In this document: positions 25,655 to 39,867 of the stretch, in pieces
Layout of the letters: every line of letters begins with the position of its first letter
How positions within the stretch are numbered: position 1 is the stretch's first letter
Assembly: GCF_022045235.1 (NCBI RefSeq)
Contig: NW_027266280.1
Location: 2,108,001-2,172,000, forward strand
DNA from: Haliotis cracherodii
Lineage: Eukaryota
Length of the DNA stretch: 64,000 nucleotides
Direction: 5' to 3'
The notes under the pieces: generated by a model
Databases searched by the model: none
Seen by the model: the letters and a program-made list of their open reading frames with translations, nothing else
Told to the model about the DNA's origin: nothing
Program-made: the position numbers and the translations under genes

Positions 25655-27235
25655 ATCAGTCCCAAGTCTGGAGGCTCAGTTCTACTTGCAGTGACTCTCC
25701 CTTGTTGCTTTCGACACAGTCCGCAGTTTGAATGATCAGTTCTACTCGCAGTGACTCTCCCTTGTTGCACTTCGACAGTCCACAATCTGAGGGATCAGTT
25801 CTACTCGCAGTGACTCTCCCTTGTTGCTTTCGACACAGTCCACAGTCTGAGGGATCAGTTCTACTCGCATTGACTCTCCCTTGTTGCTTTCGACACAGTC
25901 CACAGTTTGAAGGATCAGTTCTACTCGCATTGACTCTCCCTTGTTGCTTTCGACACAGTCCACAGTTTGAAGGATCAGTTCTACTCGCAGTGACTCTCCC
26001 TTGTTGCCCTTCGACAGTCCACAATCTGAGGGATCAGTTCTACTCGCAGTGACTCTCCCTTGTTGCTTTCGACACAGTCCACAGTCTGAAGGACCAGTTC
26101 TACTCGCAGTGACTCTCCCTTGTTGCTTCCAAGACAATTCACAGTCCACAGTCTGAAGGACCAGTTCTACTCGCAGTGACTCTCCCTTGTTGCTTCCAAG
26201 ACAATTCACAGTCCACAGTCTGAAGGACCAGTTCTACTCGCAGTGACTCTCCCTTGTTGCTTTTGACACAGTCCGCAGTCTAAATTATCAGTTCTACTCG
26301 CAGTGACTCTCCGTTGTTGCTTTAGACACAGTCCACACAGTCCGCTGCGTGAAGGATCAGTTCTACTCGCAGTGACTCTCCGTTGTTGCTTTCGACACAG
26401 TCCACACAGTCGGCAGTCTGAATGATCAGTTCTACTCGCAGTGACTCTCCGTTGTTGCTTTCGACACAGTCCACACACACAGTCCGCAGTGTGGAGGATC
26501 AGTTCTACTCGCAGTGACTCTCCCTTGTTGCTTTCAACACAGTCCACAGTCTGAATGATCAGTTCTATTCGCAGTGACTCTCCCTTCTTGCTTTCAACAC
26601 AGTCCACAGTCTGAATGATCAGTTCTATTCGCAGTGACTCTCCCTTCTTGCTTTCAACACAGTCCACAGTCTGGAGGATCAGTTCTATTCGCAGTGACTC
26701 TCCCTTCTTGCTTTCAACACAGTCCACAGTCTGGAGGATCAGTTCTATTCGCAGTGACTCTCCCTTCTTGCTTTCAACACAGTCCACAGTCTGGAGGATC
26801 AGTTCTATTCGCAGTGACTCTCCCTTCTTGCTTTCAACACAGTCCACAGTCTGGAGGATCAGTTCTATTCGCAGTGACTCTCCCTTCTTGCTTTCAACAC
26901 AGTCCACAGTCTGGAGGATCAGTTCTATTCGCAGTGACTCTCCCTTCTTGCTTTCAACACAGTCCACAGTCTGGAGGATCAGTTCTATTCGCAGTGACTC
27001 TCCCTTCTTGCTTTCAACACAGTCCACAGTCTGAATGATCAGTTCTACTCGCATTGACTCTCCCTTCTTGCTTTCAACACAGTCCACAGTCTGAATGATC
27101 AGTTCTACTCGCATTGACTCTCCCTGATTGCTTTCAACACAGTCCACAGTTTGAAGGATCAGTTCTACTCACAGTGACTCTCCCTTGTTGCTTTCAACAC
27201 AGTCCACAGTCTGAATGATCAGTTCTATTCGCAGC
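25655..27235. repeat. ~60-bp minisatellite, ~26 copies
   Basis: Unit AGTTCTACTCGCAGTGACTCTCCCTTGTTGCTTTCGACACAGTCCACAGTCTGAAGGATC. Confidence 0.95.
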
Positions 27236-27692
27236 ACACAATCACCACATGTTCACCGCACGTCCATCACCCAGTGTATCACATCCTTCTATCATGATAC
27301 AAACCCTGGACCCACCCTAGGAGAACTTCACATGTGAAGGGATATCCCCATCTCAATGCCAAATTTCTCTTGCATGATTGTAATTTTAAATGGATGGCTA
27401 TTTTTAACATGTCAACTGAAATCAGACTAAGAAGCACTGTTACAAATGGGTATTTATCGTAATAAAATGGACAACACTATTTGAGGATTGTCAACTTCAG
27501 TTCTGAACGTTTCATGGCAACATCCATCAACAATATAGCATTCATCCACCCATATCGTCATTCTGTATCAAAATATCCATCCACTGACAAGGCCTTCTGC
27601 AAAATGGACACTCCCCTCACCTAACTTGGCCTCCCAACATGGTCCCACACCTCAACGGCCTCCTTAACAGCGACATGCTATGTCCAAGCTGG

Positions 27693-28050
27693 GAGTGTCA
27701 CGCATCTACACCTCACACGGTCTCCCCAACATGGCTGTCCCACAGAGTGTCACGCATCTACACCTCACGCGGTCTCCCCAACATGGCTGTCCCACAGAGT
27801 GTCACGCATCTACACCTCACGCGGTCTCCCCAACATGGCTGTCCCACAGAGTGTCACGCATCTACACCTCACGCGGCCTCCCCAACATGGCTGTCCCACA
27901 GAGAGTCACATATCTGCACCTCACGCGGCCTCCCCAACACGGCTGTCCCACAGAGTGTCACATATCTGCACCTCACACGGCCTCCCCAACACGGCTGTCC
28001 CACAGAGTGTGACATATCTACACCGGACACAGACTCCCGAACACGGCTGA
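27693..28050. repeat. 52-bp minisatellite, ~6.5 copies, downstream of the KDM2 stop
   Basis: Unit GAGTGTCACGCATCTACACCTCACGCGGTCTCCCCAACATGGCTGTCCCACA. Confidence 0.92.
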
Positions 28051-28599
28051 CACAGCCTCCTTCCCACCCAGTGGCCTCACCTCACAAGGAAACTGTATAC
28101 GGATGTGTCCATCTCGTGCACTGCTGGAATGAATCTGCGTCCTCTGTTCACAAGGATTCTTACCAAAAGAAAACTAAAGTAACCTGTCACCCGCATCAGA
28201 CCTAAATATCTCACTCAGTCTGTCACCCCTTACAAGGATAATCCACTCCGAAATCAAAATTATTATATCAACATGACCTGAGTTCAAACCCTCACTTTCC
28301 TTCCACCACTATTATAGTTTAAATCTGTCTAGGACAACAGAATCTATATTTGGCATCTGTGACACAAGAAGTTAATTTTCATCGAGCAAATTAAAGAAAT
28401 TGGGGCAATTTATTTTTTCCATTTTATTTTTAAATTTTTTGTCAAATGGTCACTCCCATCTTTGTGTGATACACAGAATATATCACCATTAAGACAAATA
28501 ATATCAACATTTAAAACTTGGTTTCAGACTGTACCCTACCCTCTGCTCTAGCCATCACTGGCTTCACGCTATACATTACCCTCCCACACCATTGCCTGT

Positions 28600-29841
28600 C
28601 TAACCATCACTTGTGTCTGGCGTGGTGATAATCATTTTATCCACCTGTACGGAGAGCTGATGGCAGATGTAGGAATCCACAAACTTTTGACATGCATGCC
28701 GTGTGACTTTCGGACAGCCGTGAAACTTGACCGTCTCGAGTTGGGAGCATCCTTTCAGGAAGTGAAACACGTGATCCGTAATCTGCAGACATCCTGAGAG
28801 GTCAAGCTGTTTCAGCTTGTTCATCAAGGGACTGTCCCTCTTGGTCAGCGCCACCACGGTCGCATTGGTCAGCTGGACGCAGTAGCTCAAGTTCAGGCTC
28901 TCCACGTTGTGCATGTGCTGCAACAGGATCTCAATTGATTGGTCAGTAACCTCAGTTCCAGCCAATGACAGCGTGTGAACCTTGTGGAGGCGGCTGATGA
29001 CCTTGAGAGCAGGCTTCCTGTCTGCTGGAGGAAGGACAAGGTCGCGGAAGGAGTCCTCGCTGAGTCCGACGGCCCAGTTGAGAGAGAGGGAGCGTAGGAG
29101 GGGGCATGAGGAAGAGCAGAGGCCGCCAATAGTTCCCCACGACAGATACGACAAGTCAAGATGGTGGAGTTGAGGCAGACGAACCACCAGCCAGGATAGC
29201 TGTTTTGGGGTCATGACACTCCGTGCCAGGATCAGAGATTCTGGCTGTCGACGAACAATCCCCACCAGGTGGCTCTGTCGGATTCGTGTCTGTCGCAGAT
29301 CGATCTCCTTCCACAGACATCGGTTGATGCACCACCGATTCCACGTCTTACACACACACAAACACCGGGCTAAGTCGCCCAAATCCAGTTTCTTAAACAC
29401 ACTCATCCACATCTGGCGCTTAAGGACATGGACGTCTCCCGTGTCCAGCTCCACTGTATCGGCTGGCGGCGGGATTGGCGCAGGACGTACAACATATCTG
29501 TTAATCACTACCCGTAATTCCTTATCACACACAGGACCTGCTCCATCCCCACGTCTTGACCTTGACCCTGAAAACCCAGCCGGCTGATCAGGATTCTGAC
29601 CTTCACCTCTGTCGGATGGGGGATTGGACCTTTCATTCGATCGGTCCCTGTTTGAACCCTTTCCCTTTGGTGATTTGTTCTGATGGCCACTTGACCCTTG
29701 ACCTCCACCATGACAGCCTCGCTTGGCAGGTGATGTCTGCAGCTGACCCACACCTCTGTCCTGTCCACGACCAGCCGTCTTGAAGAAGCGAGGCCGTAGT
29801 TTGGTGCGGGAGGCTGCCATGATGCGAGCTCGCGTGCGGCC
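28600..29841 (-). CDS. KDM2: KDM2 last exon: F-box plus leucine-rich repeats
   Basis: RYVVRP motif, F-box WMSVFKKLDLGDLARCLCVCKTWNRW, LRRs (LDLSY, LSLNW, LSLAGTEVTD, LNLSYC, LDLSGC); acceptor ttacag, phase 0. Confidence 0.93.
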   Translation of the reverse strand, partial: GRTRARIMAASRTKLRPRFFKTAGRGQDRGVGQLQTSPAKRGCHGGGQGSSGHQNKSPKGKGSNRDRSNERSNPPSDRGEGQNPDQPAGFSGSRSRRGDGAGPVCDKELRVVINRYVVRPAPIPPPADTVELDTGDVHVLKRQMWMSVFKKLDLGDLARCLCVCKTWNRWCINRCLWKEIDLRQTRIRQSHLVGIVRRQPESLILARSVMTPKQLSWLVVRLPQLHHLDLSYLSWGTIGGLCSSSCPLLRSLSLNWAVGLSEDSFRDLVLPPADRKPALKVISRLHKVHTLSLAGTEVTDQSIEILLQHMHNVESLNLSYCVQLTNATVVALTKRDSPLMNKLKQLDLSGCLQITDHVFHFLKGCSQLETVKFHGCPKVTRHACQKFVDSYICHQLSVQVDKMIITTPDTSDG

Positions 29842-32563
29842 CTGTAACGACAAGGAACAGGCGTCGGTGTGGTGGACACAACATGAACATCAACACAGCA
29901 CATTAACAGGACAGGGTCAAGGTCAAGTCTTCTGGCTGGTGCTGCTGAAAATCTTTACTTCAAACTTCCAAAAAGTCAGAATGTATTAATCATGTGTTCA
30001 AACAATATAGTGTGTTGTATTATTGAAAGTTCACATTAATATTGAGTCATTTTGTTAATTGATAGTCTTGAATTGCAAGTTAAGGGAAAAGACTTTCTGA
30101 AATTGAAATTTGAATTTTTTGTCTCGGAGTTGTAACTTTTTCTGTAATGGAAAAAAGGTGAAAATCTTCAAGTTTCAGGTGAGGCTTAAAAGAAAAACTG
30201 TTGTTGCTTTTCCACTAGTTCTAGTGATCTGAACTGGCAGTACTCTGACAGGGACTCTGGGAAATGAAAACAAAGCCTGGACGTCAATGTTAAGCTTTAT
30301 TTCCTGGTGAATTAGAAACCTGTGAAGCAATAAAATAAATATCTACAGGATTCACTTTCATTGAACATTGTCAAATCAGAACGAACGACTTTGGGGCCGA
30401 AGATCAAACATGAAGTGTACAATCACTCATTAAGATACTTAAGGCTAAAAACAATATGGTGGCGATCAGGCACAAACTGCATTGGTTAAATCAGACGCTG
30501 CCCAGTATCATAGATCTGCCCCACGATAAACAATGGAACATGTGACAGATGATGTGGAACATGTGACAGATGATGCAGAACATGTTTCCCCCCCCCCCCG
30601 AGGGGCAACACCACCACAATTTTCTACTTTCTGCCTGTCAACAAATTGTTTTCTTCCTTTCTTCCATCAACGACATAACCCATCAAATGAATCTATGCAT
30701 TTGCCTGTGTCAAATTTCAGTGTTATCTAGGGTTTAATACTGTTGATTTCTGGGATAATTGTTGCTATGGTAACCTACTATTTGCATCACTAACAGTGCT
30801 CACTAATAAAGTTAAAAAAATCCTTTCGATCATACACCATAAAAAAGACTCTTTCAACTAATTTGGAAAAAAAATGGAAACATTTCTTTCAATTGAAACT
30901 TAGTTTACAAATTGTTAATATAGTTAATGATTTTGATGGATTGTTAACTTGAAGCTGCAAATCATATGAAACTAAGTTTCATCGACATCTGCCCATTTAC
31001 TGACTAACTGCTGCCCAGTGAGTTGGCTTTTCATATCACTTCTTGTTTAAAAAATCCCGAACACATAAGATTTTTTCTGATAAAAAATGTTTGACAACCT
31101 TTCATTTTTTAAATAGCAAACATTTCTATTTACAAAAAAACACATGATTAAAGAAAATATTTTAAACATTTCAAACAGTATTGATACAAAAGCCAATCAC
31201 CAAATCAAGTACATCAATTCTGATAATAAAGTGAACTTGGCCCTGAAACAAATACTGTTAAAATTAAATAAAATATTAGAGAAATGTTCAAATTTGATAG
31301 TGAAATATTAAGAGACTGTACTTCTCCCGACCTTGTGTGTTCAGAAATCACTTTTTGAAATAATTTCTGTTAGACACTTCGTATATCAGAGGCCATGACA
31401 AAAGCTGTTAAGCCGTGTTAAAATCCCTCCAATTTTGACAATAAAATGACCTCTTCTACTGTAATAGACCAAGAGGTGACACTTCATACCAGTAATAGTA
31501 GTTTCCTATGTACCATCGTACCTGGCTCAAGACAGTGTATGTATTGCGAAACTGTACACCGACAAATTGTTTGTACAATTATTTCATTTACATATACCCA
31601 CCCCCCCCCCCAACCCAACAAAGAGCCACAAGGCTGTTGAGGTGAAACAGAAGAAGATGCATATTAAATCAGGGACATGTGATATGATGACTTGCCTCCC
31701 CAACTGACCAACATTGAAGTTTGTTTTCATTTCTGAAAGAAGTCAAACTCCATCCAGTCATAGTTTGAATATGATGCCGGAATGTATTGTTCAATGGAAC
31801 TGCTTTTGTCAAGAAAATTTCAAGTTTGAAAATGGGCCTCATCTCAGCCGAAGTCTTGATGAAGCAAATATATAAACATTGATAGCTACCAGTATGAAAT
31901 AGGTGTAAGTATCGCAATACTGGTACACACAGGAGCCAGGTCCCATGATGCATCTGTAGTTAATTGCCCCCCAGGTAAAAAAATACAACAAACATTATCA
32001 AACACAGTGGAGGAATGCAGGTGATATCAGCGTTATCATCACACTCAGGTCCACGCTGTCAAACTGGTGGTCAATAGCATGAACACCACCTGACTCGGTG
32101 CAGATAAAGGGACAATGTCCGCCAGAGTGAGAGGGTGTATTTTGGTTACTACCCAACTCTGTCCACATGAAGCTGACATTGTGTTCATCCAATCCCCCAG
32201 AGTCCTTGTACACTAGCCAGGCTGATGATATGGGCTGGAACGATACACACCGTTGAGATATGGCTCATATCTCGTATCTCGTATCTAGTAGTCAGGATAA
32301 GTTGACTTGGATGCAAATGATAAAACTGAAAATAATGACACTGAAACTGGTTTGAAAACTCTTGCTCACACAAAAAGAAAAACGTCATTAAAACTTTTCT
32401 AGCATTTGATCATTGCAGCAATAGGGTGAAGAACCCCAACTCACTCACTCACTCACACATATAATTGTATCATCTTCCATTGAGGCCCAACTTCAAAATG
32501 CATCCTATACTGGCACAACATATTGGAATGTACCAAATCTTCGGTGGATCGTTACAGCCCTAG

Positions 32564-32595
<32 letters not shown>

Positions 32596-34279
32596 GTAAT
32601 GATGATGATGATGATGGTGACATGACACTATATACAACACAAGATCAGCAACATCAAAATACGTCCTGTCTACACACTGACAGCAGCATGCGTCTCACAA
32701 AACTGTCGTGACATTTTCCGAACAACCACTTATTTCACATTCCAACTGTCAAAGACAGCCTTCTTTTCTTTATCCCAGAGTACCTGTTTTCTCAAACAAA
32801 TGCCTTGTACTTATACTTGCTTAACCTGAAGTGTATGTCATCTTTAACATGCTTAACTTGAAGAACCAGATTATCTTAAATACAAAAACGGATTTAATCC
32901 AACCTCGTTCTACTGACTGACGTCTGTGTCTGCAGAATCACCTGCATGTTCAGGTATTTGTTTTCAGATTACAGATTCCACAGAAACCAAACTTTCCCAA
33001 ATGTGTAATTAGACATAAAACAGACTTCAATTTTTATTATTTTGTATTTTATTTTACCTTTTTGGACAATATTCTTTAGAGATTATTTCCAAACTATATG
33101 TTTATTTGATTTGATTCTTATTAATATTTTGAAAATACAAAGCATGTATTTACAGGAAACAGGTATAATATATTACAGAGTAGAGTGGAACAAGTCAACA
33201 CAGATTTCCATTTTCATTTCTTCGTATATTTTACCTTTCGGGACAAGAGATTGATTCTAAGAAATATGTTTATGGGATTTAATTTTTATTACAATTTTGA
33301 AACTACATTTCTCAATGTTGTTATATTGTAATATTTCTACCTCCTCTGATTCGTAAGGTGGTGACAAGCACAATACTGATAAATACTGGCAGCGACACTA
33401 TGTACAGCGACACTATGTACAGCGCATGCTTGCAACAAGCTTCACAATCTCAGCCACACCCTTTCCCTTCCATGCCAACCTTCCATTCAACAAGCAATAC
33501 ATGCTACTTTTATATTTAAAAGATGTGTTTTTTTCTTCACCCTCGCTTTTCACTCATAAAATTTTATAAATGATATTCAGGCTTGTGGATCTACACAAAG
33601 TGTGTATACATGTCCTCTAATTTAAACAGAATACAGAAAATCGAAATATAAGTAAGGTTTTGTAAAATATATATTATTTTGCCTTGTATATTTCTAACTT
33701 TTTTCAGCCAGACAAATGTTTTTATTTCACAGAAGAGTCAACCCAAATGCTGTGATTAAAAGCATGCTATCTCTTCTCCATAGCGGTTTTATTTAAGCTA
33801 ATATATGAAGACATTTATCACAAATAGCTTATCAAACAAATGGCCTTAAAATCAAAATAACTATTTTCTAAAAATCCTGAAATTGTAGGTCATCAAATTT
33901 CCATTCACAATTTATGGGGTCTATTTTGCCCATAAAACTCTCATAAAAAAGAATAGAATACTTGGTCTGGCCAAATTAGAGAACTATCCCCTGTGATCAG
34001 GGAGCATGTCCAGTCTTGTAGCATCTTTCAAACTATCTCCTCCTTCACCCCGTCTCCGCAACCTTCCTGAGGGCAACTTACATCAACACATCGACAAACT
34101 TTCATAAAATATCCATCTGGTGTATGTACAACACAGGTCACAATAAATCAACACAGTTATTTACACTCTGCAAATCTTTTGCAAATTTGATAAAAAAACA
34201 CACATAAATTTGTCTTCACAAATGCTACCCCTGGTCAATCTGTTGGGGTCTACTTATACCTGTAACACAGGTCTACAAC

Positions 34280-35066
34280 TAAGGTGTCACGATATTCCTG
34301 CCTCACGTATAGATACACCTCGCAATACACGACTCACGATATTGTAGCCACTGTCATACTACTTTGTGCCGTTTTGTGGACGGTCTAGCAAGACGTTGTT
34401 GCTAGGAACCAGCTTTTATAGTTTGGTGATAGACAGTATGGTAACACGAACTTGAATAGTGATCAGGTCTAGTTATTGCAAAACCTTTCCTCAAATATAA
34501 CTGTTTGAAAATTAGAAATGTTACTGAAATACAGAACAAAACCATGAATGGTAGGCGGATAATGTATACTATCGTCCAGGGGTCGATTTAACTAGTGGCC
34601 GGTGAAAATTACAAAAGGATTTGTGAAACAAAGTATTTGGCCGTCTGGTCAAATTTCCCTATTCTCTGTGTATTTTTAATATTTGTAATTGGACAATGCT
34701 CATGAATTACGTAATTTCAATGAGAAAATATTTAGGGGGGATGAGTTCGTGTGAATGGTCAACTCAAAGAACATCTCAGTAGAATGACACAACCTACAAC
34801 CATTTTGTACAACTATTTGCTCATAAATCGCCACGAAATGAAGCAAATGGAAGCCAAAATTTAATCTTATGAGACGCTCTAAAATTACCTCCCCCTGGGT
34901 AACTCAGCCATGGCCTCCCATACTTAGTTGAAGGCCAGTTAGTTTGGAGAAGGGCCAGTAACTTCTGAAAGGAGCAATCCCTGCCGGCTACAAACAACAT
35001 TTGTTGTTAAATCTACCCCTGTCGTCAAGTGAAAATCATTGATGCATCAGTGAATCGTGACACCTA
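34280..35066. mobile_element. Nested MITEs
   Basis: Outer TIR AGGTGTCACGAT/ATCGTGACACCT; inner element 34577-35021 with TIR CAGGGGT(C/A)GATTTAAC and TCGTC direct repeats. Confidence 0.7.
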
Positions 35067-35379
35067 TTTCTAACACACGGGGTTCAGACGCCCAGGTCGA
35101 GGTGCAGGGCGGATCTAGCATACTCGGAGTACTCTGTCCATACACAGACCTCTTGACACCTCATCAACCTAGGAGATAACTGTCTGTTATTCTGAGATAA
35201 ACTGCGGTACAATTACTGGTAAAGTATGACTGCGATACAACTGTGGTAAGTAGTTTGGTGCTATTACTAACCTAATTTTCTTGCAAGTAAGTTAAGTCTG
35301 TAGTAGACGAATAGGCACAGATCAGGACAGCACATGCAGCTCACATAAACAATCATAACGTGACGCAGGAGTTACTGAT

Positions 35380-38300
35380 TAATGTTATCAAGCCAAATAC
35401 CAATGTTATCAAGCTATACACATTGTCAGTACAAGTCTGATACCAATGTTATCAAGCTATACACATTGTCAGTACAAGTCTGATACCAATGTTATCAAGC
35501 TATACACATTGTCAGTACAAGTCTGATACCAATGTAATCAAGCTATACACATTGTCAGTACAAGTCTGATACCAATGTTATCAAGCTATACACATTGTCA
35601 GTACAAGTCTGATACCAATGTTATCAAGCTATACACATTGTCAGTACAAGTCTGATACCAATGTTATCAGGCTATACAGATTGTCAGTACAAGTCTGATA
35701 CCAATGTTATCAAGCTATACACATTGTCAGTACAAGTCTGATACCAATGTTATCAAGCTATACACATTGTCAGTACAAGTCTGATACCAATGTTATCAAG
35801 CTATACACATTGTCAGTACAAGTCTGATACCAATGTTATCAGGCTAAACACAGTGTCAGCACAAGTCTGATACCAATGTTATCAGGCTATACACATTGTC
35901 AGTACAAGTCTGATACCAATGTTATCAGGCTAAACACATTGTCAGTACAAGTCTGATACCAATGTTATCAGGCTAAACACATTGTCAGTACAAGTCTGAT
36001 ACCAATGTTATCAAGCTATACACATTGTCAGTACAAGTCTGATACCAATGTTATCAGGCTATACACATTGTCAGTACAAGTCTGATACCAATGTTATCAA
36101 GCTATACACATTGTCAGTACAAGTCTGATACCAATGTTATCAAGCTATACACATTGTCAGTACAAGTCTGATACCAATGTTATCAAGCTATACACACTGT
36201 CAGTACAAGTCTGATACCAATGTTATCAAGCTATACACATTGTCAGTACAAGTCTGATACCAATGTTATCAGGCTATACACATTGTCAGTACAAGTCTGA
36301 TACCAATGTTATCAAGCTATACACATTGTCAGTACAAGTCTGATACCAATGTTATCAAGCTATACACATTGTCAGTACAAGTCTGATACCAATGTTATCA
36401 AGCTATATACACATTGTCAGTACAAGTCTGATACCAATGTTATCAAGCTATATACACATTGTCAGTACAAGTCTGATACCAATGTTATCAAGCTATATAC
36501 ACATTGTCAGTACAAGTCTGATACCAATGTTATCAGGCTATACACATTGTCAGTACAAGTCTGATACCAATGTTATCAAGCTATACACATTGTCAGTACA
36601 AGTCTGATACCAATGTTATCAAGCTGTACACATTGTCAGTACAAGTCTGATACCAATGTTATCAAGCTGTACACATTGTCAGTACAAGTCTGATACCAAT
36701 GTTATCAAGCTATACAGATTGTCAGTACAAGTCTGATACCAATGTTATCAAGCTATACACATTGTCAGTACAAGTCTGATACCAATGTCATCAAGCTATA
36801 CACATTGTCAGTACAAGTCTGATACCAATGTTATCAAGCTATACACATTGTCAGTACAAGTCTGATACCAATGTTATCAAGCTATACAGATTGTCAGTAC
36901 AAGTCTGATACCAATGTTATCAAGCTAAACACATTGTCAGTACAAGTCTGATACCAATGTTATCAAGCTATATGCACATTGTCAGTACAAGTCTGATACC
37001 AATGTTATCAAGCTGTACACATTGTCAGTACAAGTCTGATACCAATGTTATCAAGCTATATACACATTGTCAGTACAAGTCTGATACCAATGTTATAAAG
37101 CTATACAGATTGTCAGTACAAGTCTGATACCAATGTTATCAAGCTATACACATTGTCAGTACAAGTCTGATACCAATGTTATCAAGCTATATACACATTG
37201 TCAGTACAAGTCTGATACCAATGTTATCAGGCTAAACACATTGTCAGTACAAGTCTGATACCAATGTTATCAGGCTAAACACATTGTCAGTACAAGTCTG
37301 ATACCAATGTTATCAGGCTAAACACATTGTCAGTACAAGTCTGATACCAATGTTATCAAGCTATATACACATTGTCAGTACAAGTCTGATACCAATGTTA
37401 TCAAGCTATACACATTGTCAGTACAAGTCTGATACCAATGTTATCAAGCTATACAGATTGTCAGTACAAGTCTGATACCAATGTTATCAAGCTATACAGA
37501 TTGTCAGTACAAGTCTGATACCAATGTTATCAAGCTGTACACATTGTCAGTACAAGTCTGATACCAATGTTATCAAGCTGTACACATTGTCAGTACAAGT
37601 CTGATACCAATGTTATCAAGCTATACACATTGTCAGTACAAGTCTGATACCAATGTTATCAAGCTATACACATTGTCAGTACAAGTCTGATACCAATGTT
37701 ATCAAGCTATACACATTGTCAGTACAAGTCTGATACCAATGTTATCAAGCTATAAACATTGTCAGTACAAGTCTGATACCAATGTTATCAAGCTATACAC
37801 ATTGTCAGTACAAGTCTGATACCAATGTTATCAAGCTATAAACATTGTCAGTACAAGTCTGATACCAATGTTATCAAGCTATACACATTGTCAGTACAAG
37901 TCTGATACCAATGTTATCAAGCTATACACATTGTCAGTACAAGTCTGATACCAATGTTATCAAGCTATACACATTGTCAGTACAAGTCTGATACCAATGT
38001 TATCAAGCTATACAGATTGTCAGTACAAGTCTGATACCAATGTTATCAAGCTATACACATTGTCAGTACAAGTCTGATACCAATGTTATCAAGCTATACA
38101 CATTGTCAGTACAAGTCTGATACCAATGTTATCAAGCTATACACATTGTCAGTACAAGTCTGATACCAATGTTATCAAGCTATACACATTGTCAGTACAA
38201 GTCTGATACCAATGTTATCAAGCTATACACATTGTCAGTACAAGTCTGATACCAATGTTATAAAGCTATACACATTGTCAGTACAAGTCTGATACCAATG

Positions 38301-39195
38301 TTATCAAGCTATACACATTGTCAGTACAAGTCTGATACCAATGTTATCAAGCTATACACATTGTCAGTACAAGTCTGATACCAATGTTATCAAGCTATAA
38401 ACATTGTCAGTACAAGTCTGATACCAATGTTATCAAGCTATACACATTGTCAGTACAAGTCTGATACCAATGTTATCAAGCTATACACATTGTCAGTACA
38501 AGTCTGATACCAATGTTATCAAGCTATACACATTGTCAGTACAAGTCTGATACCAATGTTATCAAGCTATACAGATTGTCAGTACAAGTCTGATACCAAT
38601 GTTATCAAGCTATACACATTGTCAGTACAAGTCTGATACCAATGTTATCAAGCTATACACATTGTCAGTACAAGTCTGATACCAATGTTATCAAGCTATA
38701 CACATTGTCAGTACAAGTCTGATACCAATGTTATCAAGCTATACACATTGTCAGTACAAGTCTGATACCAATGTTATCAAGCTATACACATTGTCAGTAC
38801 AAGTCTGATACCAATGTTATCAAGCTATACACATTGTCAGTACAAGTCTGATACCAATGTTATCAAGCTATACACATTGTCAGTACAAGTCTGATACCAA
38901 TGTTATCAAGCTGTACACATTGTCAGTACAAGTCTGATACCAATGTTATCAAGCTATACACATTGTCAGTACAAGTCTGATACCAATGTTATCAAGCTAT
39001 ACACATTGTCAGTACAAGTCTGATACCAATGTTATCAAGCTATATACACATTGTCAGTACAAGTCTGATACCAATGTTATCAAGCTATACACACTGTCAG
39101 TACAAGTCTGATACCAATGTTATCAAGCTATACACATTGTCAGTACAAGTCTGATACCAATGTTATCAAGCTATACACATTGTCAGTACAATGTC
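35380..39195. repeat. 43-bp satellite, ~88 copies
   Basis: Unit AAGTCTGATACCAATGTTATCAAGCTATACACATTGTCAGTAC. Confidence 0.97.
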
Positions 39196-39516
39196 ATCAG
39201 GCCACAAATACAAGCCCAAATATCAAAAGCACAAAAACGAACGTACAATCATGGTGGCTAAATATGCTGCATCTCACAACTGCACAAACCTCAAATTTTA
39301 GTAAACATTCAACTCTGCTGCCAAGGGAAGTTTGAAACGAAATAACTGTCTGAACTCGTCTGAACTTGAACGGTATCTGAACTCGAACGGTATCTGAACT
39401 CGAAAATTCTGACGTCCAACATGAATTAAAAACCTTAAACCTCAACATAGCAAAACGTGGAAGGCGAAATCGACATGGCAACCAACACGTCAGATAAGTT
39501 TTGTATGATGGATGGC

Positions 39517-39800
39517 GTGAAACATCTACGTAAGACATCTACATGAGACATCCACGTGAGACATCTGCATGACACATCTACGTGAGACATCTACATGAGA
39601 CATCCACGTGAGACATCCACGTGAGACATCTGCGTGAGACATCCACGTGAGACATCCACGTGAGACATCTGCGTGAGACATCTACATGAGACATCCATGT
39701 GAGACATCCACGTGAGACATCTGCGTGAGACATCCACGTAAGACATCTGCGTGAGACATCTACGTGAGACATCTACATGAGACATCCACGTAAGACATCC
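39517..39800. repeat. 13-bp minisatellite
   Basis: Unit GTGAGACATCCAC and variants. Confidence 0.92.
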
Positions 39801-39867
39801 GTGCCAGGGACAATGAGGATGATGGGTGGGAGGTGGTTTAATCGAGATAACGGCGAGGCAGGACTAC

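Noticed and set aside
25597-28205. ORFs of 100-313 aa
   Set aside because: Products of 60-bp and 52-bp repeats
32563-32620. Poly-Asp ORF
   Set aside because: (GAT)n microsatellite, antisense to KDM2, with no exon evidence
35380-39195. CRISPR-like array
   Set aside because: No unique spacers, no cas genes, eukaryotic context; the same applies to the other arrays
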